From the NCBI GenBank assembly GCA_965113315.1, contig OZ220364.1: a DNA stretch of 64,000 nucleotides; one strand, written 5' to 3'. The notes beneath the pieces were generated by a model, which was not told where the DNA came from, searched no databases, and saw only the letters and a program-made list of their open reading frames with translations. This document shows positions 1 to 11,391 of the stretch, piece after piece. Origin of the DNA: Podarcis vaucheri (Eukaryota). The translations under genes were made by a program, and so were the position numbers. Positions within the stretch are counted from its first letter, which is position 1; each line of letters begins with the position of its first letter.

Positions 1-259
1 ATAAAGGTAGTCAGCATGGATTCATTCTGAATGCAGCCTGTAATTGAGGTGGAAACGTTGCGGTCCTTGGGCTGTTTTCCACCTGCCACACAGCTCTAGG
101 CTGATCACCACATGGTTCGTGAGAGAGACACACAACAGCAGCAAAACAGTGTTATGTTTACGACGGGGTGTGTGCTTTTGAGCCACCTAGGGGCGTGAAG
201 GGACAGGAAAGTAAAATCCCGCGCCACACTGGGAGGAAGATTTGGAAGGTCCATATTAC

Positions 260-396
260 CAGTGCTATTTTTCTGGAAAAATAGGTGCTGGAACCCACCA
301 CGAACGCCTCCCTTGTTCTCTTATAATGGCAACGGTGCCCACCTGAGAAGTGCCAGAACTGAGTTCCAGTGTGTTCAGGCTGGAAAAAAAACCCTG
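260..396. mobile_element. hAT-type non-autonomous element (MITE)
   Basis: Termini CAGTGCTATTTTTCT...GGAAAAAAAACCCTG, flanked by a perfect 8-bp target-site duplication (TSD) CATATTAC at 252-259 and 397-404. Confidence 0.75.
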
Positions 397-1225
397 CATA
401 TTACCAAAGAGAGAATAGCTCCCCACACCCTGTTGAATGAGGAGGACTGAAAGGGGAAGGAACACTAGATTTCAGTGAAAGTTTGTTGTTTTTTAATTCA
501 AAATTATAACAAGACATATTATCCAAAAACATATCATCCTTGTCCCCCCCATTTTTCCTACCTCCCCCCTCCCATACAACCCCCCCCACCCCCCCACGAC
601 TTCCCTCAGTTCCAGTCTTTGGTTTCTCTAAGGATGCTGTTTTCTGCATGTTACAAAGTTGTATAGATCCTCAAACTATTTAGCTGATTATTATCAATAA
701 AAAGTTTGTGAATGTTTATTCAAAACAAGATTTCAGTGGAAGTTGAGGTGAGTGGGGAGTGAGGTAAAGCAGTTTCTAAGGTCAAGCCAACTTAGGAATT
801 CCACTTCAGTTGTTGTGCACATATTTAGAGCCTGTTCTTGTGGCACAGACCTCTTCCTCAGAGCCAGTAGTTATCGTGGCGAGCCAGCGGGGCCAACTAA
901 CATATTACGTTTTTACACTCTGTTTATATGGTTAAACAATATATATCTCAATTGTGACTAGTGCGTGCATGTTTAAATAGGCACTTTTCTCATTATATAC
1001 CCAGAAGGAGGAGATCCATTTTGGTGTGTGCAATTACTGCTGGATTATTGTGGAGTAAAGCAGCCACATAAGCGTGCACACGCCAGTCACAATTGTTGCA
1101 CACCATGTACATTTTGTTCTGGTATCGGCCTGTTTCGCTTGAACTGCCATCCCCTCCCCCTGGTCTAAATGAATGAGCTACTTATAGACACTGTGGACTA
1201 ATTATTTTGGCCATTTTCTCCTCAG

Positions 1226-1271
1226 GCTGCTGTACAACTTGCGGTACTTAGGCCACGTCAATGTAGGAAAG
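1226..1271 (+). CDS. PTB-domain gene exon A (LLYNLRYLGHVNVGK)
   Basis: Acceptor ttttctcctcag, donor gtgaga; 46 nt, phase 2 to 0. Confidence 0.8.
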
Positions 1272-4200
1272 GTGAGACTGGGTCTTGGACAGAGAAGGGA
1301 GGATTGTTTAGCTTTCCTTGTTGTTGGTTTATGTCTTTTATTTTTGTTACACCTTTCCGATTCTTATTTTCAGTATGGAAGCAAAGAGGTGTTAGACCAA
1401 GGCATACCTATGGTTTTAGAGAAACGTTTGCCACGACAGGTACGTTTCCTGCTTTAACAGTCCAAAATGTGGAGACATTTTTCCAGAATGTGGAGACTGG
1501 CACACGAGTAGGGCATACAGTTGCTAGATGCATTCTTGTATATTTCTGCGTTTGCATATGTTTGGTTTTTCTCTCAAGTTTTGTTTGTTTTTTTAATTTT
1601 AAGCAGACTGGAGTTTGACCGCAATAACTCTTTGCCCATTCTTTCTTTGTGAGGAATTGCTAAATCACATTATAGGTTATGAGGGCAAAATTATTGATAG
1701 GTGGGAGAGTCAAACTTTCCTTTTTTTTATTCATTCTTCCCCTATCTTTCCTCAAGTAAGCCCAAGGCAGTGTACAATGTTCTGTTCTCTTCTCCACCCG
1801 CCAAACGTTATCTTCTCAATAACCCTTTGTGATCTGTTAAGACTAAGAGATGGTGTCTGGCCCAAATTCACCCACTGAAGTTCGTGACTGAGGTGAGATT
1901 TGAACCTGGATCTCTCTAGCCCTAGTCCAGCAAACTAAACAAATTTTAACCAGGTCTCTCAAAGGAAAGGACGCTTTTGCCTAGCAACCAAAAGCCCTCC
2001 AATTTGGGGTGTACGCAAAAAATTATTGAGCTTCTCCAGTCAAGAACACAACATGAGAGACAGGCCCAACTTTTGTACTCCTATAGCCTGTGAGGAAAAA
2101 ATAAAGAATCTACTTGAAACTGAAGGAGTATTTCTTTTCTTTCTCCTTTGATCAAATGCCTTGCGACAACTAAGCAGTAGTCATCGTTGTGGAAGGGAAA
2201 GAAACAAAATAGCAGCAAGCAGATAATTGCTTTTGACAAGTACCATTCACAAAAAAACTTGGTGAATCTGAGAAGCTATTAAATAGTGAAACTTTAACTG
2301 TATTCACTGAATTTGTGCAGTATAGTGATGACAATTCTGGTAGATCTTTTGGAGAAAGAATACTCTAAATATACACCCCCTTCTACAAGTCTAGGAATTA
2401 CAATTTCATATGAAAGCTGCCAAGAAATGCTTGACGAAAACAAACTATGATCCCTGTCTTACCGTTCGGCATCTGAACCCAGAGGTCATGATTTGTTTCC
2501 ATCAAACATTCCACAAACCTTGACCTGTTGCCAAAGTTTGGCCTTGGCTTACAGATTGTGGTTTGTTAGAGCGAAACAAACTACAAACAATGGTTCAGGA
2601 GGAGCAAGGCTGGTTCAGGGAATGCAAGAGTGAGGAGGAGCGGAGCAACCTAGCTTGGCACATTCACCACAAACAATTCATTTTGGTTTCCTCCCCAACT
2701 TGCTGCCCTGCAGACTACACACTCCCATCAGCCCCTGCCTGCACCGGCTAATTTACTACAAGGCTTTACTTCTTTGGGCATTCAGTTCTGCATGTTAACA
2801 GTTTCCGTAATGCCTTCTGCGCTCGGTTGCACATTTCTTTAGAAAGAGCTCTGAGAACCCTCCCTTAAATCATGTTCGTGTGGAAAGAGAGTTGACTATC
2901 TCAGATTTTAAAAATTCCTGAGGTACCTTTGTGCGATATGTAAATTCTTTAAATTCTTGGGGGGGTTAATGCACCCCACCACCAAAATGTGTCTAATGTG
3001 TGCCCTCTTCCTCTACCACACTGTCAGCTACCACCAGACGTAGTCCTGGTCTTGAGTATAGAACTGCTGTCCCAGATTGGATAGGAGACCTGAGTGAACA
3101 TTTCTTAACCAGTCACTTAATTGCAGCAGCCAGAAGTCGCCACTTCAAACAACACTGCAGCAAGTCACTAAACGTACATAAATTGATTTTATTCCAGCCA
3201 GAAGGCTACAAAATCAACAGAGAGACCCAAATGGTGGCCATATCTCTAGTTGCAGACCTTTATAAATCTACCAACAGGTCAGGTTTTGGAGAGACAGCAC
3301 ACATTCCTAAACATACTTTACAGCCTGGCTCCTTAAACAACCTCCTCCTTTTTTCCTGTCAGGTTGGCATGCAATTTGTGAGGAGAGAGAGACCTGAGTT
3401 CTAATGTACTACCTGCTAAAGAGATCCTCTCCCTCCCCTTTCTACCATTCTTTTTTTAGAAGAATGGTATAGAGCTTCTTATGTTTCTCCTACTCTCCCA
3501 AGACCATTGCATTTTTGCCTGTACAGTGGTACCTCAGGTTAAGTACTTAATTCGTTCGGGAGGTCCGTACTTAACCTGAAACTGTTCTTAACCTGAAGCA
3601 CCACTTTAGCTAATGGGGCCTCCTGCTGCTGCCGCGCTGCCAGAGCACGATTTCTGTTCTCATCCTGAAGCAAAGTTCTTAACCCAAGGTAATATTTCTG
3701 GGTTAGCGGAGTCTGTAATCTGAAGCGTATGTAACCCGAGGTACCACTGTATGCTTTTTCACCTTGATTGTATTTCAGTGACAGAGCACAGTGCTTTATA
3801 TTGGGGTGCTATAGAAATGCAGGCAAATAAAAATTCAAGGTTATAGTCCATTAAACACACACACAGGATAGATTTCTTTCTCTCCTGCATTATGTGGGAA
3901 GATGAAGCTGTCAAAAAAGAAAAGAGAGGGAGGGGCTTAATCAGACAATCACCCCAGCTTACAGTTACTCTTAAAACTGCTTGAAGCTGATGTTTGCAAT
4001 TTACTACTTGTGCATGAGTCCTTGCCATTTAAATATGGACATAAAGGTTTGAAGTTGTGTCACCATCTCAGTGAAAACATACAGGGCCGCAGCCTCTTCT
4101 CTCTGTACAATTTGGTTCTACGCTCATCCAGTCTGTCTGCCTGGCCAACAACTCACCTACTGTGGGTTTCTGAGACTGAGCTTTTCTAAAAACAACGCCT

Positions 4201-7200
4201 GATCCCACCAGCAAACAAGTGATGGAGGTGTTTTGAAACGACCACAATGCTGAGACCTTATTACAAGCCACCGTAGTATGCACTGCGGTAATGCAAGAGC
4301 AGCTGCTACTCAAGAGGAATTCAATGCTGCGCTCTTCCAATTGTTCCATCGGTGTTTCAGCTTGCCCTATGGAACCACATCCCATGGGGAGAGAAGAGGG
4401 GGGAAGGCCCCATTGCTTAGTGGGACTTATGCTAGCACACTAACTTAGCTGAATCCGGCCCGTTGTACCTGCAAGATGCCACCACCATCGGATGCGCCAT
4501 CGCACCATACCAGGAAAGGCTTACAAAACATGAATGGACCAAAGGGAGATTAATCAGCTGCATGGCCCTTTTCTTCTACCAGCTCAGAATGTCCCAAGCG
4601 TTTCCCTCTTAAAGATGAGGTGGAAACGCAGCTTTGGAAATAAATAAGGCCATTTGTTCTGCTCACCCTTTCACCCTATTGCCAGAATGAGCTGGCATAG
4701 CATGCGACTTGCGTTTCCCCAGTGCTGGAGAAAGTCAATTGCTGTTCCAGTGAAGGCACTCAAGGCCGCTACTGGTTTGTTTTCTGGGTAGCTCATATGT
4801 AGCAACCTACTCACATGTGCATCTTTATTCAACCCAGGTGAGTGCTTCAAAACAGGGACATAATTTAAAGCAGTGGGTTTAAATTATTCTTTCCTCCAAT
4901 AAGCTCAAAGCTTGTGTACATTGTTCTGCTTTCTCCCCTACCCCCAAACTTTACCCTCAAAATAACCGTGGGGTAGGTTAGACTGAGCTTAAATTACTCT
5001 TTTTTGAATACATTAATACATCAAACATATAGATTGGTAGAACTATTTTGTGGTTTTTTTAAAAAAACAAACATATACAGCTGCTGAAGTCAATGCTATG
5101 AACTACAATAGGGCAAATGTGAGAGCGTCAATTTACACCAACTATTTTTGGCTGACGTACATCAAAATGTTTACATTGGCAATTTTGCGAAAATTATGCA
5201 GTCTGTTAAGTGATCAGTTTGAGGCTATCACTGTGATTATTTCTACCCCAAATCACTCCAAAGTTGAAGGAAGCAAAAATGAGGAAAAGACTTGAAATCG
5301 CAGCAAAATGCTCAGGCCTTATCTGTTAATTTTCTGTTGCAGGCGTTTTGACAATTAACAGTGCATTTTACTTACCTATTATTGTTTCGAACATTTGGAA
5401 TATATTTTCGCAGGAGGTTTTATTTGATGTCAAAGAAACAGAAGTCGTTGTTCAAGAGAAAGCTGCTTCAAAGGTTAGAGTACTTTTCTTTACTGTTTGT
5501 GCTTGTCCTGACTATGTTTAAATATTTTATGTCAAAATTATTCATAGAATGCAGGCCACTGAATTTAGCTGCTTTCTGCTAAGTAGAACTTGCCTATAAT
5601 GTGTGTGACTTTACTGGAAGATAGGTTGCACATAGAGGAGCTATTTGTTTAAATTTACAACAAAGTGTCTATTTGATTGTGTGGATCATGGTCCATGCAC
5701 ACACATTTAGAAAACAAAGAGCATAAAATTGTAAATAATCAGTTCTAGGCCACTGCCTTATCAGATCACTCAATGTTGTTGCCAGGTTCTGTTTCGTTAC
5801 TCTTATATAGACATTTCCTGTGTGGGACGGCGTCTGGACAGCAACAATCTCTTCGCCTTCTGCAGTGTGTGAGTTAAAAATAACAACCACCCACATGCCT
5901 AGAGATACACTACACCAGGATTCTATTATCCCTGGCTGTGTAATTGCATGTGGCAGCAATGCATTTAGAGCAGGCTGAAGTTCGAGTTGATCTTTTCAAA
6001 GTTCAGTTTTCCCTGCCAACAGTTCTGCTGAAATCCCTTACTATACACTCTTGAGCCTATGTAAATCATACAGTGGTGCCCCGCAAGACAGAAAACTCGC
6101 AAGACGGAAAACTCACTAGATGAATGGGCTTGCTTCGTAAGACGACAATGTCTTGCGAGTTCCTGCTGGTTTTTTTCCTCCCCCCCTTTTTCTAAGCCGA
6201 TTATCAGCTGATCCGATCAGCATATAAGCCGCTAAAAGCCGCTAATAGCACTAATCAGTCAATGGGCTTGCTTCGCAAGACGAAAAAAACGCTAGACGAA
6301 GAGAATCACAGAACGGATTCTTTTCGTCTTGCGAGGCACCACTGTACTCTATTGTACGTCTGCCTCTCATTTTGATAAAATCATCCTATTTGGAATACCC
6401 CAAGGCACCTTGGGTTGTCTGGGGGGAAATTCACCCTGGCCTAGTTTAGCCATCGCTGGCCTTTCAGCTGGTGGGTTGAGACCTGCTACCCAGTCACTAC
6501 CTTAATCTTAGGCGCGTCCCAGCAGTAGTACAGTGGTACCTCGGGTTAAGTACTTAATTCGTTCTGGAGGTCCATTCTTAACCTGAAGCACTTTAGCTAA
6601 TGGGGCCTCCCGCTGCTGCCACGCCGCCGGAGCACGATTTCTGTTCTCATCCTGAAGCAAGTTCTTAACCCGAGGTATTATTTCTGGGTTAGCAGAGTCT
6701 GTAACCTGAAGCATATGTAACCTGAGATACCACTGTACTACAAATATGCCCGCCCATGCATTGTTTGAGGTAAAGGTTTGTGCCATCTCTGAAAAGGTTG
6801 AAGTATATATAGAGCATTGATCTTCCACTGGTAGATCAGGCTTTGCTTATGCATCTATTAGCATAATTTTGATGCTTTTGTAAAACTGAAGAAAAATAAA
6901 GGGGGAAAAACACTAGATTTGCTACTGGAGTCTGTAGCCTGACCTCAGGTGCATCACAACAGCAGCACTTTCACAATGAAATATGCCCCCAAGTTTGGAT
7001 AAAGAGATAGGCCCCAGGTCCTGTAAAGGTCAGAAGCAATGTGTTAGCAGTACCTCAGCTTGCCAGTGTGCTTAAAGGATTAGTGTTAAATTTAAGATGG
7101 GGCAGAATGAACAAAGATTCATTCTGCCACATGCATATCAAATTTATTGCCCATAGTGTTGTCATCAGTACCTCATTATGGGATTCCCTCCCTTTGCCAA

Positions 7201-8151
7201 TCTGATTAGCCCAGATCCTTACATGCTTTCAGAGTCAGTTGCATTTCTTTGCCCAATCTTTTGTGTGTTGTCACTTTGTTATTTTACCCTACTAGCTGTT
7301 GTGTTTTAAGGCTCTTCAAGATGTTCTTTTATTGTGCATTCATTTGTACTGATGTTGGGTCTCAAGCTGGCTATATAGGATCCTGCCTTCAATGCTGTGC
7401 ACAGGCCATAGCTTCCTTCTGAAATCCTGTGACTTCTCATCACAAATATTACAGGGCCTTTAAAGTTCTTTGCACAATAATGTAACATCCAGGAAGCATC
7501 ACTAATGAAGTGGAATTAATCCACTATTGTGTCAATCTTGTTTAATAATACATCTGCAAAATCCGCATAGGCAGATGTGTATTTTAGTGTAACCTGTTCT
7601 GATTGATTTGGCAATGCAGGCAAGAATAATTTTCAATATATTATACTGTATAGGGTTTCACCTGAGTCTTCGGAACAAAGCACCTTCGACTGTCTTGTAT
7701 TTGAATCAAACACTGAAGATGAAAGTGAGGAAATAATAAGAAGAATTGGTAAGGATATTTGTTCTTTGGTGTACAACTAAAAAGTAGCAAGGCCTCTATA
7801 GCCTGTTAATGAAGCATACTTAGTGTACTTGCAAGCTAGTAATTCCAAGACGTAGAAAGCTAATAAGATTAGGCTTCGCAGTAATTGTATATCTGCATTT
7901 CTAATTATGTTCAAGGACTTGGGCTTAGTATGAAATAAAGTAGGAAGTCTTCTGTTTGATCTATGAGGATTTCCAGGTCAGTATCCCAATCACCCAGTAT
8001 CTAGCATGCTAGTGGTTAGGAGACAAATTCTGTTCTTTCAAAACCATGGCTAGAGCAGCAAGTACTGGCAACTTCAGGAATATTATTTTAAGATTAATGA
8101 CCATTTGTTTCTTTAGCTGCTGGATTTAAACACACAGAATGGTTTGTCTGA
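1226..8151 (+). CDS. Uncharacterised PTB/PID-domain protein, spliced, 5' end incomplete; exons 1226-1271, 1374-1439, 5414-5473, 5786-5868, 7654-7748, 8117-8151
   Basis: Six exons with AG/GT boundaries and compatible phases translate to LLYNLRYLGHVNVGKYGSKEVLDQGIPMVLEKRLPRQEVLFDVKETEVVVQEKAASKVLFRYSYIDISCVGRRLDSNNLFAFCSVVSPESSEQSTFDCLVFESNTEDESEEIIRRIAAGFKHTEWFV*. This carries the PTB motifs YLG-x-V, IS-C, FAF, F-x-C-x-VF and a terminal helix I-x-x-x-F. Confidence 0.85.
1374..1439 (+). CDS. PTB-domain gene exon B (YGSKEVLDQGIPMVLEKRLPRQ)
   Basis: Acceptor ttcttattttcag, donor gtacgt; 66 nt, phase 0 to 0. Confidence 0.82.
1740..1940 (-). mobile_element. Old tRNA-derived SINE (MIR/Squam-like), approximate bounds
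   Basis: Reverse B-box-like gatttgaacc, followed by a core-like segment (aataaccctttgtga...ggcccaaattcaccca) resembling squamate MIR-like SINEs. Confidence 0.5.
3524..3749. mobile_element. Tc1/mariner (Tigger/pogo-like) MITE, family A
   Basis: Terminal inverted repeats (TIRs) CAGTGGTACCTC...GAGGTACCACTG with TA on both flanks. Near-identical copies at 6531, 14450 and 28144. Confidence 0.9.
5414..5473 (+). CDS. PTB-domain gene exon C (EVLFDVKETEVVVQEKAASK)
   Basis: Acceptor ttttcgcag, donor gttaga; 60 nt, phase 0 to 0. Confidence 0.82.
5786..5868 (+). CDS. PTB-domain gene exon D (VLFRYSYIDISCVGRRLDSNNLFAFCS)
   Basis: Acceptor gttgttgccag, donor gtgagt; 83 nt, phase 0 to 2. Confidence 0.85.
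6071..6344. mobile_element. Tc1/mariner MITE, family B
   Basis: TIRs CAGTGGTGCCCCGCAAGAC / GTCTTGCGAGGCACCACTG with TA flanks; homologous to 19629-20001. Confidence 0.88.
6531..6735. mobile_element. Tc1/mariner MITE, family A (internal deletion)
   Basis: CAGTGGTACCTCGG...GATACCACTG with TA flanks. Confidence 0.88.
7654..7748 (+). CDS. PTB-domain gene exon E (VSPESSEQSTFDCLVFESNTEDESEEIIRRI)
   Basis: Acceptor tactgtatag, donor gtaagg; 95 nt, phase 2 to 1. Confidence 0.85.
8117..8151 (+). CDS. PTB-domain gene terminal coding exon (AAGFKHTEWFV*)
   Basis: Acceptor ttgtttctttag; phase-1 start; TGA at 8149-8151. Confidence 0.82.
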
Positions 8152-8397
8152 TTGAGATGCATGATGCTCTGCTTCTGGGTTTCTGCCAATGACCTACTTT
8201 TGGAGCTGAACTGGCATGCAAAAGGGCCTAGTTTCAGTCAGTGATACGCTGCCAGGCTTGCTCTTGGATTAAGGCGGCACTATGAAAGGATTAAAACTCT
8301 ACACTGGAAATAGTATTTTGGCTACCTCCTACAACAGAAGACTGAGTTTTTACAAGCGTTTTCTTTTCATGTTTATACGGACATTTTCAGAATTTGG

Positions 8398-8403
8398 AAT
8401 AAA
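8398..8403 (+). terminator. Candidate polyadenylation signal of the PTB-domain gene
   Basis: First AATAAA, about 250 nt after the stop; a second lies at 8901-8906. Confidence 0.45.
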
Positions 8404-9124
8404 ATCAAGCTGAAGCCATGGATTTGCATACTATTTGTATTAACCAAAGTTTCTACATTTAAAAATGAGAGACAGATTCAATGTAATGAGTCAAGCATAA
8501 CTTACTATGACAGTTCAGTTTTTCAGTGTGTAACGTTACTAGTTTTGTGCTTACATTGTTTAAAGAAATCAGAAATAAGAATCTGAAGAACACTGTATAT
8601 ACACTTTTCGGTACACCCCCTTTACTCCTTTAATTTTTGTTATTTGCTGCCAGGGGCTGTCGACTAGAAGCCTAGGTGAAGAATTAACTCCATTCCCCAA
8701 AAAATAACAGCCTGATTGTCTGCTTTGGTTATAGAAGTGGAAGCTGCATTTCAAAATATAAATGGCGATTTCACTCAAACTGCTTCAAAACAAACCCAAA
8801 AGTGTAAGAGAAAAAGGGTACATGAAGAAACCAACCAAGGCAGCAAGGATAGGGTATTAACACTCAAGACCTAAATTATACCACTTGAGGACTTTTGATC
8901 AATAAAAGTAGGCCTAAAAACACCAAGTCTGACAGTGTTCTGATATTTAATAAGTGGGGAAAACTATTTTCCAAATTAGCAAGCGTTTAATCACTCTAGG
9001 TTACATAAGTACAGCAAGCTTCTGCCGTAATTGGAGTTGCATACCAAGCAAGGAACAGGCTTAACTTGATTTGAGCAGGGATAGTATAAGACAAAATAGT
9101 AATACTACTTTCCCCACAACAATG

Positions 9125-9290
9125 NNNNNNNNNNNNNNNNNNNNNNNNNNNNNNNNNNNNNNNNNNNNNNNNNNNNNNNNNNNNNNNNNNNNNNNNNNNN
9201 NNNNNNNNNNNNNNNNNNNNNNNNNNNNNNNNNNNNNNNNNNNNNNNNNNNNNNNNNNNNNNNNNNNNNNNNNNNNNNNNNNNNNNNNNN
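9125..9290. other. Assembly gap (N run)
   Basis: 166 consecutive N, in or just beyond the H3-3B 3' UTR. Confidence 0.99.
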
Positions 9291-9373
9291 GAAAGTCCAC
9301 ATTCTATCACAGTGATGTATGGTCAGACTTAACAGCCCCAATTGTTAAACACTTGGATCAAGTTATAACCAGT

Positions 9374-9379
9374 TTTATT
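9374..9379 (-). terminator. Candidate proximal polyadenylation signal of H3-3B
   Basis: TTTATT on + equals AATAAA on -, about 335 nt past the H3.3 stop codon. Confidence 0.5.
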
Positions 9380-9711
9380 GCAAAAAGACCCTGTACACAT
9401 TTATATCAATTCTAGTACCTTACAATTTTAGCTACCCAACAAGTCATTAACATACAGAAACATGCATGAAAAGCAAGAAAGATCACCCATCCCTTCTGCA
9501 TATTAGCAACTTGTCACTGTTGAGCAACAAAGCTCACATCACTGAGTTTTTATGTGAACAGTCACTTTTAGCATTCATCCTGAGTGAAAGATGGAATGAC
9601 TTAAGTACAAATGTAACATATTATAAACAATTTCATACAAAAAAAAGTCACAAATTGAAACCAAAGTATTTTACAGAATTTACTACAAAACACCATAAAA
9701 ACTGCCTCCTC

Positions 9712-10520
<809 letters not shown>

Positions 10521-11028
10521 TTATTTATTTTTTTACTAAGAGGAAAAAGCAAACGAGATGTTAGCAACGGAATACCTTCCCTTCTAACTCTTTAGTATTT
10601 TCCCTACCACTTCGTGCCAGTTTCCACCAACCTCCTCCCCTCCCCGCCACTCTTCGGAGGAACTGCAGCGCAAGACGAATAGTAGCAGATGTCAGGGCGC
10701 TGCTCCCTCCGCGGCGGCCAACGGAGGACACTCCCGGGGGAATAGGAACGAGGAGTCACGCTGCCTCCCGCCCACGCGCGGCACTAGTAGAACCGAAGCC
10801 ACGATTCCGCTCCATTCCACCCCCGCCGGTAGTTACGTTGCCATGACTACGACTATTGGACTCATTCCTCCCCCCCCTTACACACCGCGGGCCAAGCGGA
10901 ACAAAGCGGCCTTCACCACCCCTCCCCCACCACTCATGAAACACGGCCCAAAATACGAGAAATACACGTCCACCTTCCCCGCCCCCACCCACCGCCCCCC
11001 TCTCCGGCCGCCCCAAGCCGAAACTCAC

Positions 11029-11118
11029 CACTTTCAGGAACGGAGCCTTTAAAAACACTTCCGCTCCTAGCAGCCGCGAAGGTACACGTCCTACTCCTTC
11101 CTCAACGAACCCGCAACT
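11029..11118 (-). other. H3-3B: H3-3B non-coding exon 1 (start approximate)
   Basis: GTGAGT donor at 11028-11023; initiator-like CAGTT about 30 nt downstream of the TATA box; inside a CpG island. Confidence 0.7.
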
Positions 11119-11144
11119 GTCCCCTCCCCGGCGCGGGGACACTG

Positions 11145-11391
11145 TATTTATAGAGGGAGGGGGCCGAGAACGTCATGACCTCACAATACAGACACGCAGC
11201 GCACGGAGCCATTGGCGTCTACCTCCGTTGGCGCCGTGACGTTAACTGACACAAAGGCCGTTTCCCCGAGTCTCGGCCGTGATTGGATGAAACCTCGACA
11301 GCCGATTGGTTGCTAAAGCTGCACTCCGATTGGACATCGTGAGCTGAAGCAGACCAATCGGAATTGGAGCCCAGGAGAAGGTTGTGATTGG
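11145..11391 (-). promoter_or_regulatory. H3-3B promoter: TATA box, CRE-like site and CCAAT-box cluster
   Basis: TATAAATA (-) at 11152-11145. ATTGG/CCAAT at 11211, 11282, 11305, 11329, 11354, 11363 and 11387. TGACGTTA at 11237-11244. Confidence 0.85.

Noticed and set aside
1226-5473. Alternative reading AAVQLAVLRPRQCRK spliced to the acceptor at 5342/5343
   Set aside because: Frame-compatible, but it loses the YLG PTB motif and skips the well-bounded exon 1374-1439.
8996-9415. ORFs containing X runs
   Set aside because: Artefacts of the N gap.
10756-11142. 128-aa and 69-aa ORFs over H3-3B intron 1/exon 1
   Set aside because: GC-rich CpG-island sequence with no recognisable product.
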